Shown here: positions 45,803 to 54,606 of the stretch, in pieces
How the letters are laid out: every line of letters begins with the position of its first letter
Numbering within the stretch: the first letter of the stretch is position 1
Assembly: GCA_964421985.1 (NCBI GenBank)
Contig: CAYQZE010000108.1
Coordinates: 2,224 to 66,223, forward strand
From: an uncultured Dehalococcoidia bacterium
Lineage (GTDB): Bacteria; Chloroflexota; Dehalococcoidia; DSTF01; JACRBR01
DNA length: 64,000 bases
Direction of reading: 5' to 3'
Notes under the pieces: model-generated
Told to the model about the DNA's origin: nothing
What the model saw: only the letters and a program-made list of their open reading frames with translations
The model's database searches: none
Position numbers and translations under genes: made by a program

Positions 45803-46894
45803 ATGGCTGACGCAGACACGAAGACCGAAGCGCCCGCGGCGGAAGACCCGTTAGCGCCGCAGATCCCCGGGATCATCACGCCGCCGGCGCTGGACATGAG
45901 CTGGGCGAAGGTGCCGACCGAGCGGCCGCCGAAGCCGAAGATCGGCGCCGAGGGCTTCACCCTCCGTCTCGCCGACGCCGGCGCCTACGCCTGGGTGCCT
46001 GACCACTGGCCGTACGAGAACGACACACCGCGCGGCTCCTACCCCTCCAAGGATATGGGGCTTCCGGCTCCCTACACCATCTACGACAAGGCCGAGTGTT
46101 GGGCCGACAACGCCGCCGACCTCTACGAACTCGGTATCAAGGAGCAGTGGAAGCCGGCAACGCAGATCTCCTGGGGCTCGATCGAGCCACTTGCCGACCA
46201 CATCGAAGCGGCGATCGATCAGATCGTCTCGAACTTCTCCGAACAGGCCTACAACTCGAACGCGGCGCTGATGGGCCGGCTCAAGGATCTCTCGTACGGG
46301 TTCCACGAGGTGAAGCTCTACCTGGCCACGCAGGTGTTCGACCACGCGCGTCACGTCGAGGCGTTCCGCAAACGCGCCCTCGCCAACGGCGGCGGCCTCG
46401 GTGTGCAGACGCCGGGCTTCTTCAATCGCACCGTGTCCGCGTCGTTCAAGTTCACCGAGCTCGTCGTCTACACGAATATCATCCGCGGCTCGTTTCTCCT
46501 CGCGGTGTGCGAGGCCGGCGACAAGATCGGCCGCTCCCAGGCCGACCGGCAGCTCTTCGAGTTGACGGCGAACGACTTGCGGCGCCACCTCGCATTCGGC
46601 ATCGAGCACCTCCGCTACTACTTGCTCCAGGGCAGCGAAGCGAAGCGCCGCAACGTGCGCGTCTGGCTGGAGCGCGCCGAGATCATGATGGCCGCCGACC
46701 TCAAACGCGACACGCCGCTGCGCGAGGCGTTCATCCTCGCCCTCGGCGACACGGTCGCGAAGGGCAAGATCGGGCTGAAGGCCTTGCGCGATGCGCAGCT
46801 CCGCAAGTACCTCCTGACGCTCGAAGCAGCGACATACCGCGGGCACGAGAAGTTCGTCACGCAGTCGATGCGCGAGGCCGTCGACAACCCGTAG
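45803..46894 (+). CDS. ferritin-like domain protein, paralog 3 (ligand motif degenerate)
   Basis: It is closest to paralog 1 (HEVKLYLAT, FRKRALANGGGLGVQ). The equivalent ligand positions read A / HxxH / G / LxxH. The start at 45803 is tentative; the track ORF starts at 45773. Confidence 0.78.
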   Translation: MADADTKTEAPAAEDPLAPQIPGIITPPALDMSWAKVPTERPPKPKIGAEGFTLRLADAGAYAWVPDHWPYENDTPRGSYPSKDMGLPAPYTIYDKAECWADNAADLYELGIKEQWKPATQISWGSIEPLADHIEAAIDQIVSNFSEQAYNSNAALMGRLKDLSYGFHEVKLYLATQVFDHARHVEAFRKRALANGGGLGVQTPGFFNRTVSASFKFTELVVYTNIIRGSFLLAVCEAGDKIGRSQADRQLFELTANDLRRHLAFGIEHLRYYLLQGSEAKRRNVRVWLERAEIMMAADLKRDTPLREAFILALGDTVAKGKIGLKALRDAQLRKYLLTLEAATYRGHEKFVTQSMREAVDNP

Positions 46895-46930
46895 TTGGTC
46901 TGGGTGAGTGATTCGTCATTGGTGACTGGT

Positions 46931-46960
46931 GTCGAGGGCAGACCGCGGTCTGCCCTCGAC
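46931..46960. terminator. strong GC-rich hairpin after ferritin-like paralog 3 (putative terminator or RNA-stability element, no U-tract)
   Basis: Perfect inverted repeat GTCGAGGGCAGACC-GC-GGTCTGCCCTCGAC (13-14 bp stem), 37 nt after the stop. Confidence 0.5.
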
Positions 46961-47022
46961 CGTGCACTGCCCCTCACACAAACGGTCCGCACTCGTCGAG
47001 CAATTCGGTTCGGAGGCACACG

Positions 47023-47788
47023 ATGACCACCTACACCCACCTCCAGACGCGCCGCGATGGCAGCGTCCTCATCGTGACGATGGCGAACCCGCCGAAGAAC
47101 CTGCTCAACGCCGCCATGGTGGCGGAACTGCTCGCCCTGGTCGACACGCTGCCGGACGACGAGCAGACGCGCGTGCTCGTACTCGCCGGCGGCGCCGACG
47201 GCATCTTCATCACCCACTACGATGTCGGTGAGCTCACAACGCTCTCAGCGCGACCTGCATCCGCTCAACCGGCTTTCGCTGAAGTTAGGGGCGCTGCCGC
47301 AGCCGGTGATCGCCGCGGTCAACGGCACGGCGATGGGCGGCGGCTGCGAACTGGCCCTCGCCTGCGACTTCCGCATCATCGCGCGCGGCGGCGTGTTCGG
47401 GCTGCCGGAGGCGCGCATCGGCCTGCTGCCCGGAGCCGGCGGCACGCAGCGGATGGCGCGCATGCTCGGCACTGCGAAGGCGATGGAGTTGATCATGCTC
47501 GGCAACGCCATCGACGCCGACACGGCCGAGCGCCTCGGCCTCGCCTACCGCGCGGTCGACGCAGATCGCCTGATGCCCGAGGTGATGGCGCTGGCCAACG
47601 AGCTGGCCGCCCGCCCGCCGCTCAGCCTCGCGCTGATCAAGCAGTGCATCCGCCGGGGCATCGAGATGCCGCTCGAGGACGCCCTGCGCTTCGAGTCCGA
47701 CGCCTTCATCCAGACATTGCGCTCCGACGACGCCTCGCGCCTGATGCGCGCCTACCTGTCGAGCGCACGCCCGCTCAACGAACAGTGA
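47023..47788 (+). pseudogene. enoyl-CoA hydratase/isomerase family gene interrupted by a single +1 frameshift
   Basis: The N-terminal 75 aa (frame of ORF 47023..) read as crotonase (VLIVTMANPPKNLLN...FITHYDVGEL). The rest of the fold (LPQPVIAAVNGTAMGGGCELALACDFRI...) continues in the frame of ORF 47222..47788. The junction lies within about 47236..47255. Confidence 0.8.
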
Positions 47789-47896
47789 GCCTCACGCTTG
47801 GAAGCGCGAATCGAGCTTGACGCACCCTCCAGTTCTGAGCCCTTGCACCGATAAAGTTGTTGACGGATCGGCTATAATGGTATTACCTTTGATACC

Positions 47897-48163
47897 ATGC
47901 CGTCACAAAAGGCACTGCTGGACCGAATCGATGGGCTGCGAGCCAAACGAAACAACGTCCACGGTAGGGAGCTTTTTCCGATCGCGCTGGCGGTTGGGCG
48001 GGTTGAGTCGAGGCGGGGAAAGCACCGGGTGTTCGAAAGGCCGGGACGCCCGCCCTTGCCGATACCGGATCACCCGCGGGCCATGGCGGGTCGTACCGTG
48101 ATGAACATCCTGCAGATTCTAGAGGACGATATCCGCAGTGACCACAGCAGCTGGACGGAGTGA
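47897..48163 (+). CDS. hicA: HicA-like toxin (type II TA)
   Basis: RRGKHRVFERPGRPPLPIPDHPRAMAGRTVMNILQ resembles the HicA core (G-S/K-H...P.H). It overlaps the downstream hicB and lies in a low-GC islet. Confidence 0.7.
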   Translation: MPSQKALLDRIDGLRAKRNNVHGRELFPIALAVGRVESRRGKHRVFERPGRPPLPIPDHPRAMAGRTVMNILQILEDDIRSDHSSWTE

Positions 48164-48735
48164 TGGAGAACCTATCAGTGCTTGCTACTAATGACATTCT
48201 TCGCAAGCCGTACAGCCGTGTGATCCTTCCGGACGACACAGGCCTGTACGCAGCCGAGCTGCTGGAGTTTCCGGGTTGCTACGCGGATGGCGCGACTCCA
48301 GAAGAGGCTTATCTCAATCTCGAAGACGTGGCCGAAGCATGGATTGAGAGCGCGAGAGCACAAGGGTTTCCAGTTCCGGAACCATTCGCCGATGCAGAAC
48401 ATAGTGGGACTGTTTCGCTTCGTTTACCCAAGAGCATCCACAGCCGCGCTGTCCAATTTGCCTATCGTGACGGCGTAAGTCTTAACACGTTCTTGGTCTC
48501 CGCAGTGTCTGTAGCGGTTGGCGCCGAGGAATTGGCCACCAGGGCGACCAATTTGATCAGCGAGGCGCTCGCAACGATCGAGGCACGACAGACGACCTAC
48601 TCTGTGTACACGGAGGCGATGTCGATCCTTAGTCAGGCTCAACTTCCGAGCGGAGAATCGAAGTCGTTGTTCCTCCAGTATGGGCAGCACTCGCTAGATC
48701 TTCGTGACCGGACAAGTATGCAGATCCGAGGGTAG
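48160..48735 (+). CDS. hicB: HicB family antitoxin (N-terminal HicB fold plus RHH-like DNA-binding region, long C-terminus)
   Basis: YAAELLEFPGCYADGATPEEAYLNLEDVAEAWIESARAQGFPVPEP and SLRLPKSIHSRAVQFAYRDGVSLNTFLVSAV. The start overlaps the hicA stop (GTGATG). Confidence 0.8.
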   Translation: MMENLSVLATNDILRKPYSRVILPDDTGLYAAELLEFPGCYADGATPEEAYLNLEDVAEAWIESARAQGFPVPEPFADAEHSGTVSLRLPKSIHSRAVQFAYRDGVSLNTFLVSAVSVAVGAEELATRATNLISEALATIEARQTTYSVYTEAMSILSQAQLPSGESKSLFLQYGQHSLDLRDRTSMQIRG

Positions 48736-48741
48736 GCGAAC

Positions 48742-49065
48742 ATGGCACAAGCACAGCAATACACATTCACCTATGCCGAACTCGTCGCGTTGATGCTGCG
48801 CGCGCAAGGAATCACGTCAGGCATTTGGTCGCTCTACGTGAAGTTCGGTCTTGCGGCGGCCAATGTCGGTCCAAATCCCGAGTCGCTTCAGCCAGCCGCG
48901 ATACTCCCCATCTTGGAGGTTGGCATTCAACGAGCCGAGGCATTGACGAGTATTGCCGTTGACGCCGGCGCGCTCCAACGCAGCGCAGGCAAACGGTCAA
49001 CGTCCGCCAAGAAAAAGGCTCCGCCGAGAGCAGCCACTAAGAAACCGGCGTCCCAGCGGCGCTGA
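48742..49065 (+). CDS. hypothetical protein with a Lys/Arg/Pro-rich basic tail
   Basis: 107 aa, 6 nt after hicB, within the same low-GC islet. The tail reads SAGKRSTSAKKKAPPRAATKKPASQRR. Confidence 0.5.
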   Translation: MAQAQQYTFTYAELVALMLRAQGITSGIWSLYVKFGLAAANVGPNPESLQPAAILPILEVGIQRAEALTSIAVDAGALQRSAGKRSTSAKKKAPPRAATKKPASQRR

Positions 49066-49084
49066 CCGCAAATGCGCTTATTTC

Positions 49085-50035
49085 TCACGCGTCACGCACC
49101 TTCGTGATCTTGTCGACTTCGGCCATCTCCTCCGGCGTGAGCTTCCACGCGGCGGCCGCGACGTTCTGCTCCACCTGCTCCGGCTTCGTGGCGCCGGCGA
49201 TCACGCTGGGCACGTACGCATGGCTCGCCAGCCACCCGATCGCCAGCTCGATCATCGTGTGTCCGTGCGTCTGCGCGAACTCCTCGAGCTTCCCGAGCAT
49301 CGCGAAGTTCGTCTCGCTGAGCATGCTCTCGCCACGCGCGCCCCACGCCGCCAGCCGCGTCCCTTCCGCGGCCTTCTCGCCCGGGCGGTACTTGCCGGTG
49401 AGGAAGCCGCTTGCCAGCGGAAAATACGGCAGGATGCCGAGCCCGTACTTCTCGCACGCGGGCGCCAGCTCGCGCTCGATGCGGCGGTCCAGCAGGTTGT
49501 ACTGGTTCTGCGCCGATACGAACGGCGACAGGTTCTGCGTGCGGGCGATCCATTGCGACTCCACCACCTGCCAGCCCGCGAAGTTCGAGCAGCCGACGTA
49601 GCGCACTTTGCCGGCACGAACCACGTCATCGAGCGCACGCATCGTCTCTTCGATCGGCGTCTTCGCGTCGGGGAAGTGCACCTGGTACAGGTCGATGTAG
49701 TCGGTGCCCAGGCGCCGCAGACTGTCGTCCACCGCCTCAAAGATGTAGCGGCGCGACGCGCCTCCCCAGAGCGGCCCCTCGCCCATCGGTGCGAAGAACT
49801 TCGTCGCGACGACAACGTTGCGGCGATGGCCCTTCAGGGCCTCGCCGAGCATCTCTTCCGACTTGCCGCGCCCACCGTAGATGTCGGCCGTGTCGAAGAA
49901 GTTGATGCCGCACTCGATCGCCTTCCCGACGACGGCTTTCGACTGCGCCAGGTCGCAGCGCATGCCGAAGTTGTTGCAGCCGAGCCCGACGGCGGACACC
50001 TGTAGTCCCGACCGTCCGAGATTCTTGTACTCCAT
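49085..50035 (-). CDS. aldo/keto reductase
   Basis: Uses the internal ATG at 50035 (MEYKNLGRSGLQVSAVGLGCNNFG...). Also has DTADIYG and LYQVHFPD. Confidence 0.9.
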   Translation of the reverse strand: MEYKNLGRSGLQVSAVGLGCNNFGMRCDLAQSKAVVGKAIECGINFFDTADIYGGRGKSEEMLGEALKGHRRNVVVATKFFAPMGEGPLWGGASRRYIFEAVDDSLRRLGTDYIDLYQVHFPDAKTPIEETMRALDDVVRAGKVRYVGCSNFAGWQVVESQWIARTQNLSPFVSAQNQYNLLDRRIERELAPACEKYGLGILPYFPLASGFLTGKYRPGEKAAEGTRLAAWGARGESMLSETNFAMLGKLEEFAQTHGHTMIELAIGWLASHAYVPSVIAGATKPEQVEQNVAAAAWKLTPEEMAEVDKITKVRDA

Positions 50036-50162
50036 CACGAAACCTCTCGCTACCGCTATCCCTGCATAACGGATGGCGATTGTAGCAAGGCGTACCCGCG
50101 AGCCATAGGCGCCGCCGTTCAGGCGTGGCTCAAGACGTATACCGGCGTTACGCTGCCTGCGA

Positions 50163-50918
50163 ATGCTCAGCTCAGCGAGGGTACCGGGACCACCCGCCAC
50201 GAGAGGTACGCATCGCATCGATTCACCGACGTCCGCCCGCCCGCTCGTCATCGCCCATCGCGCCGGGAACACCCTGGCGCGTGCGCGCTCAGCCTACGAG
50301 GCTGGCGCTGACCTGATCGAGGCGGACGTGTGGTTGTATCGTGGCCGCCTCGAAGTGCGGCACACCAAGACTGTGCGCGCACTTCCGCTGCTCTGGGACC
50401 GCTGGAGCCTCGCACCAGCCTGGACGCCACGGCTCCTCCTGCAGGATGTGCTCGGCGTCCTCCCTCCCGAAGCAGGACTCATGCTCGACCTCAAGGGCAA
50501 CGACCCGCATCTGCCGGAAGCGGTGCTACAGGCACTCCACGCGCTTCCGCGTACTGGTCACGTCGCCGTCTGCTCGCGTAACCGGGCTCAGGTCGACGCG
50601 CTCGCCGGCCAGCACGGCATCACGGCGATCCATTCCGTTGGCAAGACCCATCACCTGCGCCGGGTGCTGGATCACCTGACCACCGGCGGCGCTCAATGCA
50701 AGACGGGGATCAGCATCCACCAACGGCTGCTCGGCCCGGCGAGGATCAGCGAACTTCGATCCCTCGCGACCCCGATCATCACGTGGCCGGTAAACGACGC
50801 CGGTCTGGCGCGCCGGCTGGTGTCGTGGGGTGTGGACGGCGTGATCAGCGACGACCTCGGGCTCGTGCGGGAGATCGTCGCGGCGAGGCGGGAAGGGCGC
50901 TACACGTCCAGCCAGTAG
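50163..50918 (+). CDS. glycerophosphodiester phosphodiesterase family protein
   Basis: VIAHRAGN...GADLIEADVW...LEVRH is typical of GDPD. The start is uncertain. Confidence 0.72.
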   Translation: MLSSARVPGPPATRGTHRIDSPTSARPLVIAHRAGNTLARARSAYEAGADLIEADVWLYRGRLEVRHTKTVRALPLLWDRWSLAPAWTPRLLLQDVLGVLPPEAGLMLDLKGNDPHLPEAVLQALHALPRTGHVAVCSRNRAQVDALAGQHGITAIHSVGKTHHLRRVLDHLTTGGAQCKTGISIHQRLLGPARISELRSLATPIITWPVNDAGLARRLVSWGVDGVISDDLGLVREIVAARREGRYTSSQ

Positions 50919-52588
50919 CTGTTCAGCAGGTAGCTCGATGTGCCGACGCCGGCTGGAATGTTCTTCAGCGCCTTCGAGTACGCCCAATAGCCGTACGGGC
51001 TGACGAGCGGAAAGAACGCAGGATCCTTCGTGTAGATCAGCTGTTGGGCCTCGTGTACCGCGGCGAGCCGCGCATCCATCGGCAGCGTCCGATTCACCTT
51101 CAGCACCGCGGCATCGATCTCCGCATCGCCCGTACCCTGGATGTACGACTTGTCACCGAACGGACCGCCGCCGGTGTGAAATGCCAGCGGCAGCTCGGGC
51201 GTCTCATAGATCTGGTTCAGCGCCAGCGACGAGTCGTACTTGAGCCCGTGGTAGTCGTCAATCCATTTGCCAAAGTCGAGGCCATCCTGCTCGACCTCGA
51301 TGCCCGCAGCCCGCATCTGCTCGATGAAGATCGGCAGGTGCTGGAGGTGCTGCCAGATCGTCGTACTGCCGGGAAACATCATCCTGAACTTGATGCCGCC
51401 GGCCGCGCTCACCAACGCCTTCGCATCCGCCAGGTCGAACGGCTGGTACTTCGTCGCCAGCTCGTCCTCTGGCAGCGCATAGGAGCCGAGCGGCCAATGC
51501 ACGAGGCCGTTCGGCCGCGCATCGCCGTCGTAGATGAGCCGCACGTAGTCGCGACGGTCAATCGCCCGCGAGATCGCCCGCCGCACGCGCACATCGTCGA
51601 ACGGCTTGCGCTCCGGGTTCATCGTGAACGAGATGTACGCGAACACCGGATCGCGCGCCAGCGGCACGTCGCCAAGCGTCCTCGCCTCGCTGCCCGTACT
51701 CACCTGGTAGACGTGGATCTGACCGGACTGGAACGCCGCACGCTGCGTGGAACCGTCGAAGACGACGCGCACGTCCAACTCATCGATGTACGGCAACTGT
51801 TCGCCTGTGTCGGCGTCCTTCCTGTAGTAGTTCGGATTTCGCAGGAACGTCGCCCGCTCGCCTTCCGTGACCGAGACCAGCCGATAGGGCCCGGCGCCCG
51901 CCGTCTTGTCGGAGAGCCGCGACACGTCGCCAGCCAGCAGCTCGCGCGGGGCGATACAGTTGAGGAAGAGGCCGATCCGGTTGATCAGCCATGCATACGG
52001 CGCCTTGGTCTTGATGGTCACGGTATCGCCCGCCGCCGTCACACTGTCGATGTTCTGATGCGCGAAGGCGTACTGGGTGGTGACGGGATCCGTCATCATC
52101 CGCTCGAGGTTCGCCTTCACGTCCTCCGCGTCAAGGTCGCGCTCCGGTACGCCCAACTCGTTGGGCGCAACCTTCACGCCGGGCCGGATCTTGAACACGT
52201 AGGTGAGGTCGTCCGGAGTCTCGAACGATGTCGCCAGGTCGAAGTGCAAGAACTCCGGCTTCGTCGCCGACTGGTTCACCAGCACGTTGTAGACGCGCGG
52301 GAAGTACGCCGATGCAACGGCAACACCCTGGTGCGGGTCAAACGTGCCGAAGTTGGCGGAGTTCGCGGAAACCAGCGTGCCGCCGTGTCGCGGCGGGCCG
52401 CCCGGGTTGAGGATGTCGGGTTGATCGGGGCGTCCCTCGATCGGCGACGCCGACGCCTGTGGCTCCTTCGTCCCCGAGCCACCGCAGGCGGCGAACACAA
52501 CCGCTCCCGCCGCGCCGGCGCATGCGCCGCGCAACCATCTGCGGCGCGTGACGCGCGCCTGGCGGTAGCGATCCCAATACGATGCCAT
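50900..52588 (-). CDS. ABC transporter substrate-binding lipoprotein (family 5, peptide/nickel type) with a Tat signal
   Basis: Uses the internal ATG at 52588. Has the twin-arginine motif TRRRWLRG and the lipobox VFAACGG, and its length and pattern resemble SBP_bac_5. Confidence 0.88.
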   Translation of the reverse strand: MASYWDRYRQARVTRRRWLRGACAGAAGAVVFAACGGSGTKEPQASASPIEGRPDQPDILNPGGPPRHGGTLVSANSANFGTFDPHQGVAVASAYFPRVYNVLVNQSATKPEFLHFDLATSFETPDDLTYVFKIRPGVKVAPNELGVPERDLDAEDVKANLERMMTDPVTTQYAFAHQNIDSVTAAGDTVTIKTKAPYAWLINRIGLFLNCIAPRELLAGDVSRLSDKTAGAGPYRLVSVTEGERATFLRNPNYYRKDADTGEQLPYIDELDVRVVFDGSTQRAAFQSGQIHVYQVSTGSEARTLGDVPLARDPVFAYISFTMNPERKPFDDVRVRRAISRAIDRRDYVRLIYDGDARPNGLVHWPLGSYALPEDELATKYQPFDLADAKALVSAAGGIKFRMMFPGSTTIWQHLQHLPIFIEQMRAAGIEVEQDGLDFGKWIDDYHGLKYDSSLALNQIYETPELPLAFHTGGGPFGDKSYIQGTGDAEIDAAVLKVNRTLPMDARLAAVHEAQQLIYTKDPAFFPLVSPYGYWAYSKALKNIPAGVGTSSYLLNSYWLDV

Positions 52589-52640
52589 GCGCGATCCCTG
52601 CGTTACCAACCGGAAACACGACCCTACCGGAATCGAAGCG

Positions 52641-53468
52641 TTACGCGATCGCCGGATGGCGTCCGCTAAAGAGCACCCGCTCGGCGTTGGCGTAGAGGAA
52701 CTTGTCCAGCACACCTTCCCGCAAGTCCAGCTCCTGTGCTTCCTTCACACAGCGTTCGAACGATAGCACAGGATGGTCGGAAGCGAACATGATCTTGTCC
52801 TGCCCGCGCGTGTTCATGAAGTGGATGAGCTGCGGCGGGAAGTAGCGCGGCGCATAGGCCGAGGTCTGCATGTAAAGATTGCGGTACTTGATCATCAGCC
52901 GGATCGCCACGTCCCACCACGGGTCGGCGCCGTGACACATGATCAGCTTCAGTTCGGGGAAGAAGACGCAGACCTCATCGAGATACATCGGGTCCTGGCA
53001 CTTGCCCGGCATCGGTGGGCCGGGAAGGCCAGTGTTGATAGCGATCGGCAGGTCCAGGTCGATGCACTTGGCGTAGACGGGATAGTACTCCTTCTCGTTG
53101 GGCGGGATCGCCCCCATCATGAACGGCGTGATGCGGGCCTGCACCACCGGCTCGTTGCGGACGAGATGCTCCAGCGCCCGCAGCGCCGTCATGCCGTTGC
53201 GCGGATCCAGATCGATTGCGAGCGCGAACTTGTCGGGATGCGCCCGCGGAAACTTCAGCACGTGCTCGTCAGGCGCCTCGGCGTACGTAGATAGCACGCA
53301 CTTCTCGACGCCCACGCGGTCCATCGCCTCTATCAGCTCCGGGACCTCGATGTCTTTGAAGATCGCGTCGGCACGTTTGAAGTAGTCCTCTGCGACGCGC
53401 ACCATCCACGGCGGCCGCTCCAAGTGACCCATGTTCACGCCGACGAACGTGTCGATCACCCTGACCAT
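52641..53468 (-). CDS. amidohydrolase 2 (ACMSD-like) family protein
   Basis: VIDTFVGVNMG..., IMCHGADPWW and FASDHP are typical of the metal-dependent amidohydrolase_2 family. Confidence 0.82.
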   Translation of the reverse strand: MVRVIDTFVGVNMGHLERPPWMVRVAEDYFKRADAIFKDIEVPELIEAMDRVGVEKCVLSTYAEAPDEHVLKFPRAHPDKFALAIDLDPRNGMTALRALEHLVRNEPVVQARITPFMMGAIPPNEKEYYPVYAKCIDLDLPIAINTGLPGPPMPGKCQDPMYLDEVCVFFPELKLIMCHGADPWWDVAIRLMIKYRNLYMQTSAYAPRYFPPQLIHFMNTRGQDKIMFASDHPVLSFERCVKEAQELDLREGVLDKFLYANAERVLFSGRHPAIA

Positions 53469-53565
53469 GCCGCGTTACTCCGTTCCGCTGTTGATGCCCA
53501 TCACGTGCCGATGATGGACGACAGCACATCCATCCTCGACGTTCCATCTTGCATCGTCGCGCCTC

Positions 53566-54606
53566 TCAGCGCCTTACGCTCGTCCCGAGATCCGCGCCGT
53601 CCGCCGGCACCATGTCCGGCGCCGTGACGTAGAACTGCTTCGCCCAGCGGCGGAAGATGCCCACGGGGCCGTCACCATCGCACAACACAGGCGGCGACTT
53701 CATCACCTTGTTCTCCCAGATCGGGATGTCCTGCCCCAACTGCCGCTCGATCTCCTTGATGAAAGCGCGGCTCACGCCGGCCGTCGCGTCGTCGTTTGCC
53801 ATCCGCTTCACCGTGAAGGAGAAGCGCGTGTCCACGTACTCGCCGTCGATCGGCGTCACCGAGACGACCAGCAGCGTCTCGACGATGCCCGTGAAGCGCG
53901 TCGTGCTGAACCCGAAGCCGTGCGAGTCGGAAGCGATGCCGCCCTCCACGGTGCCCTGCGGCGTCACATAGTTCACCGGCGACCGCGCGCGGAGGATGTG
54001 CCCGTCTATCTCGGCTCGCGTCATCGGCTGCTCCGGCGTGCCGTGCACGTACTTGAAATGCGCCGAATCGACGGCGTTTTCCGCCATCTCCTGGTTGTGC
54101 GTGCGGATCTTCCAGCGCTTCTTCACGTACGGCGTCCACCCGGGATCGCCGTACTCGGGCAACACCGGCACCTCAAACGCGGGCGGCCGGCCGTCCATGT
54201 GGTGCCAGACCATGATCAGGCCGTTCTCTTCGCAGACCGTCCACGCATCCAGTCTCGCAAGCGGCGGGATCTTGTTCGCGTACGGCACATCGACGCAACG
54301 GCCGCCACCGTCGAATCTCCATGCGTGGAACGGGCAGCGGATGGTGTTCTCCTGCACGAGGCCGCCGTACCCAAGGTGTGCGCCCAGGTGCGGGCAAAAG
54401 GCATCGAGCACGCGCGCCTTGCCGTCGTCTCCGCGGAACAACACCAGCTCCCGGCCGAAGTAGCGCAGCGGCAGCACCGCGCTCGGCTCAAGCTCATCGC
54501 TGTAGGCGACCTGGAACCAACCGTTGGGGAACGGCGGGATATCGTAGCGATAGTTCGCCGGTGCCTCCCAGCCGCGCTCCTGTTCGGCCTGCGCAACCGT
54601 CGTCAT
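53566..54606 (-). CDS. Rieske [2Fe-2S] non-heme-iron oxygenase, KshA-like alpha subunit
   Basis: Uses the internal ATG at 54606, preceded by GAAGGAG. Has the Rieske motif CPHLGAHL...CPFHAWRF and the mononuclear iron motif NAVDSAHFKYVHG. Confidence 0.88.
   Translation of the reverse strand: MTTVAQAEQERGWEAPANYRYDIPPFPNGWFQVAYSDELEPSAVLPLRYFGRELVLFRGDDGKARVLDAFCPHLGAHLGYGGLVQENTIRCPFHAWRFDGGGRCVDVPYANKIPPLARLDAWTVCEENGLIMVWHHMDGRPPAFEVPVLPEYGDPGWTPYVKKRWKIRTHNQEMAENAVDSAHFKYVHGTPEQPMTRAEIDGHILRARSPVNYVTPQGTVEGGIASDSHGFGFSTTRFTGIVETLLVVSVTPIDGEYVDTRFSFTVKRMANDDATAGVSRAFIKEIERQLGQDIPIWENKVMKSPPVLCDGDGPVGIFRRWAKQFYVTAPDMVPADGADLGTSVRR

Noticed and set aside
45600-46943. Shared 10-mer GAGGGCAGAC just downstream of both tandem ferritin-like genes (45600..45609 and 46934..46943)
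   Set aside because: Exact 10-mer matches between two sites are expected many times by chance in 64 kb of biased composition. Only the second copy is part of a hairpin.
47236-47255. Programmed +1 ribosomal frameshift in the crotonase gene
   Set aside because: I saw no slippery sequence, rare or stop codon at the junction, or stimulatory structure. An indel, real or from sequencing, is the simpler explanation.
47850-47880. TTGACG and TATAAT boxes upstream of hicA as a sigma-70 promoter
   Set aside because: The two hexamers are only about 7 nt apart, and no properly spaced -35 partner was found. The TATAAT alone is not enough to call a promoter.
50696-52669. 657-aa plus-strand ORF antisense to the solute-binding protein gene
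   Set aside because: It is an Arg-rich shadow ORF. The minus-strand frame has a Tat signal, a lipobox and an SBP-like sequence.
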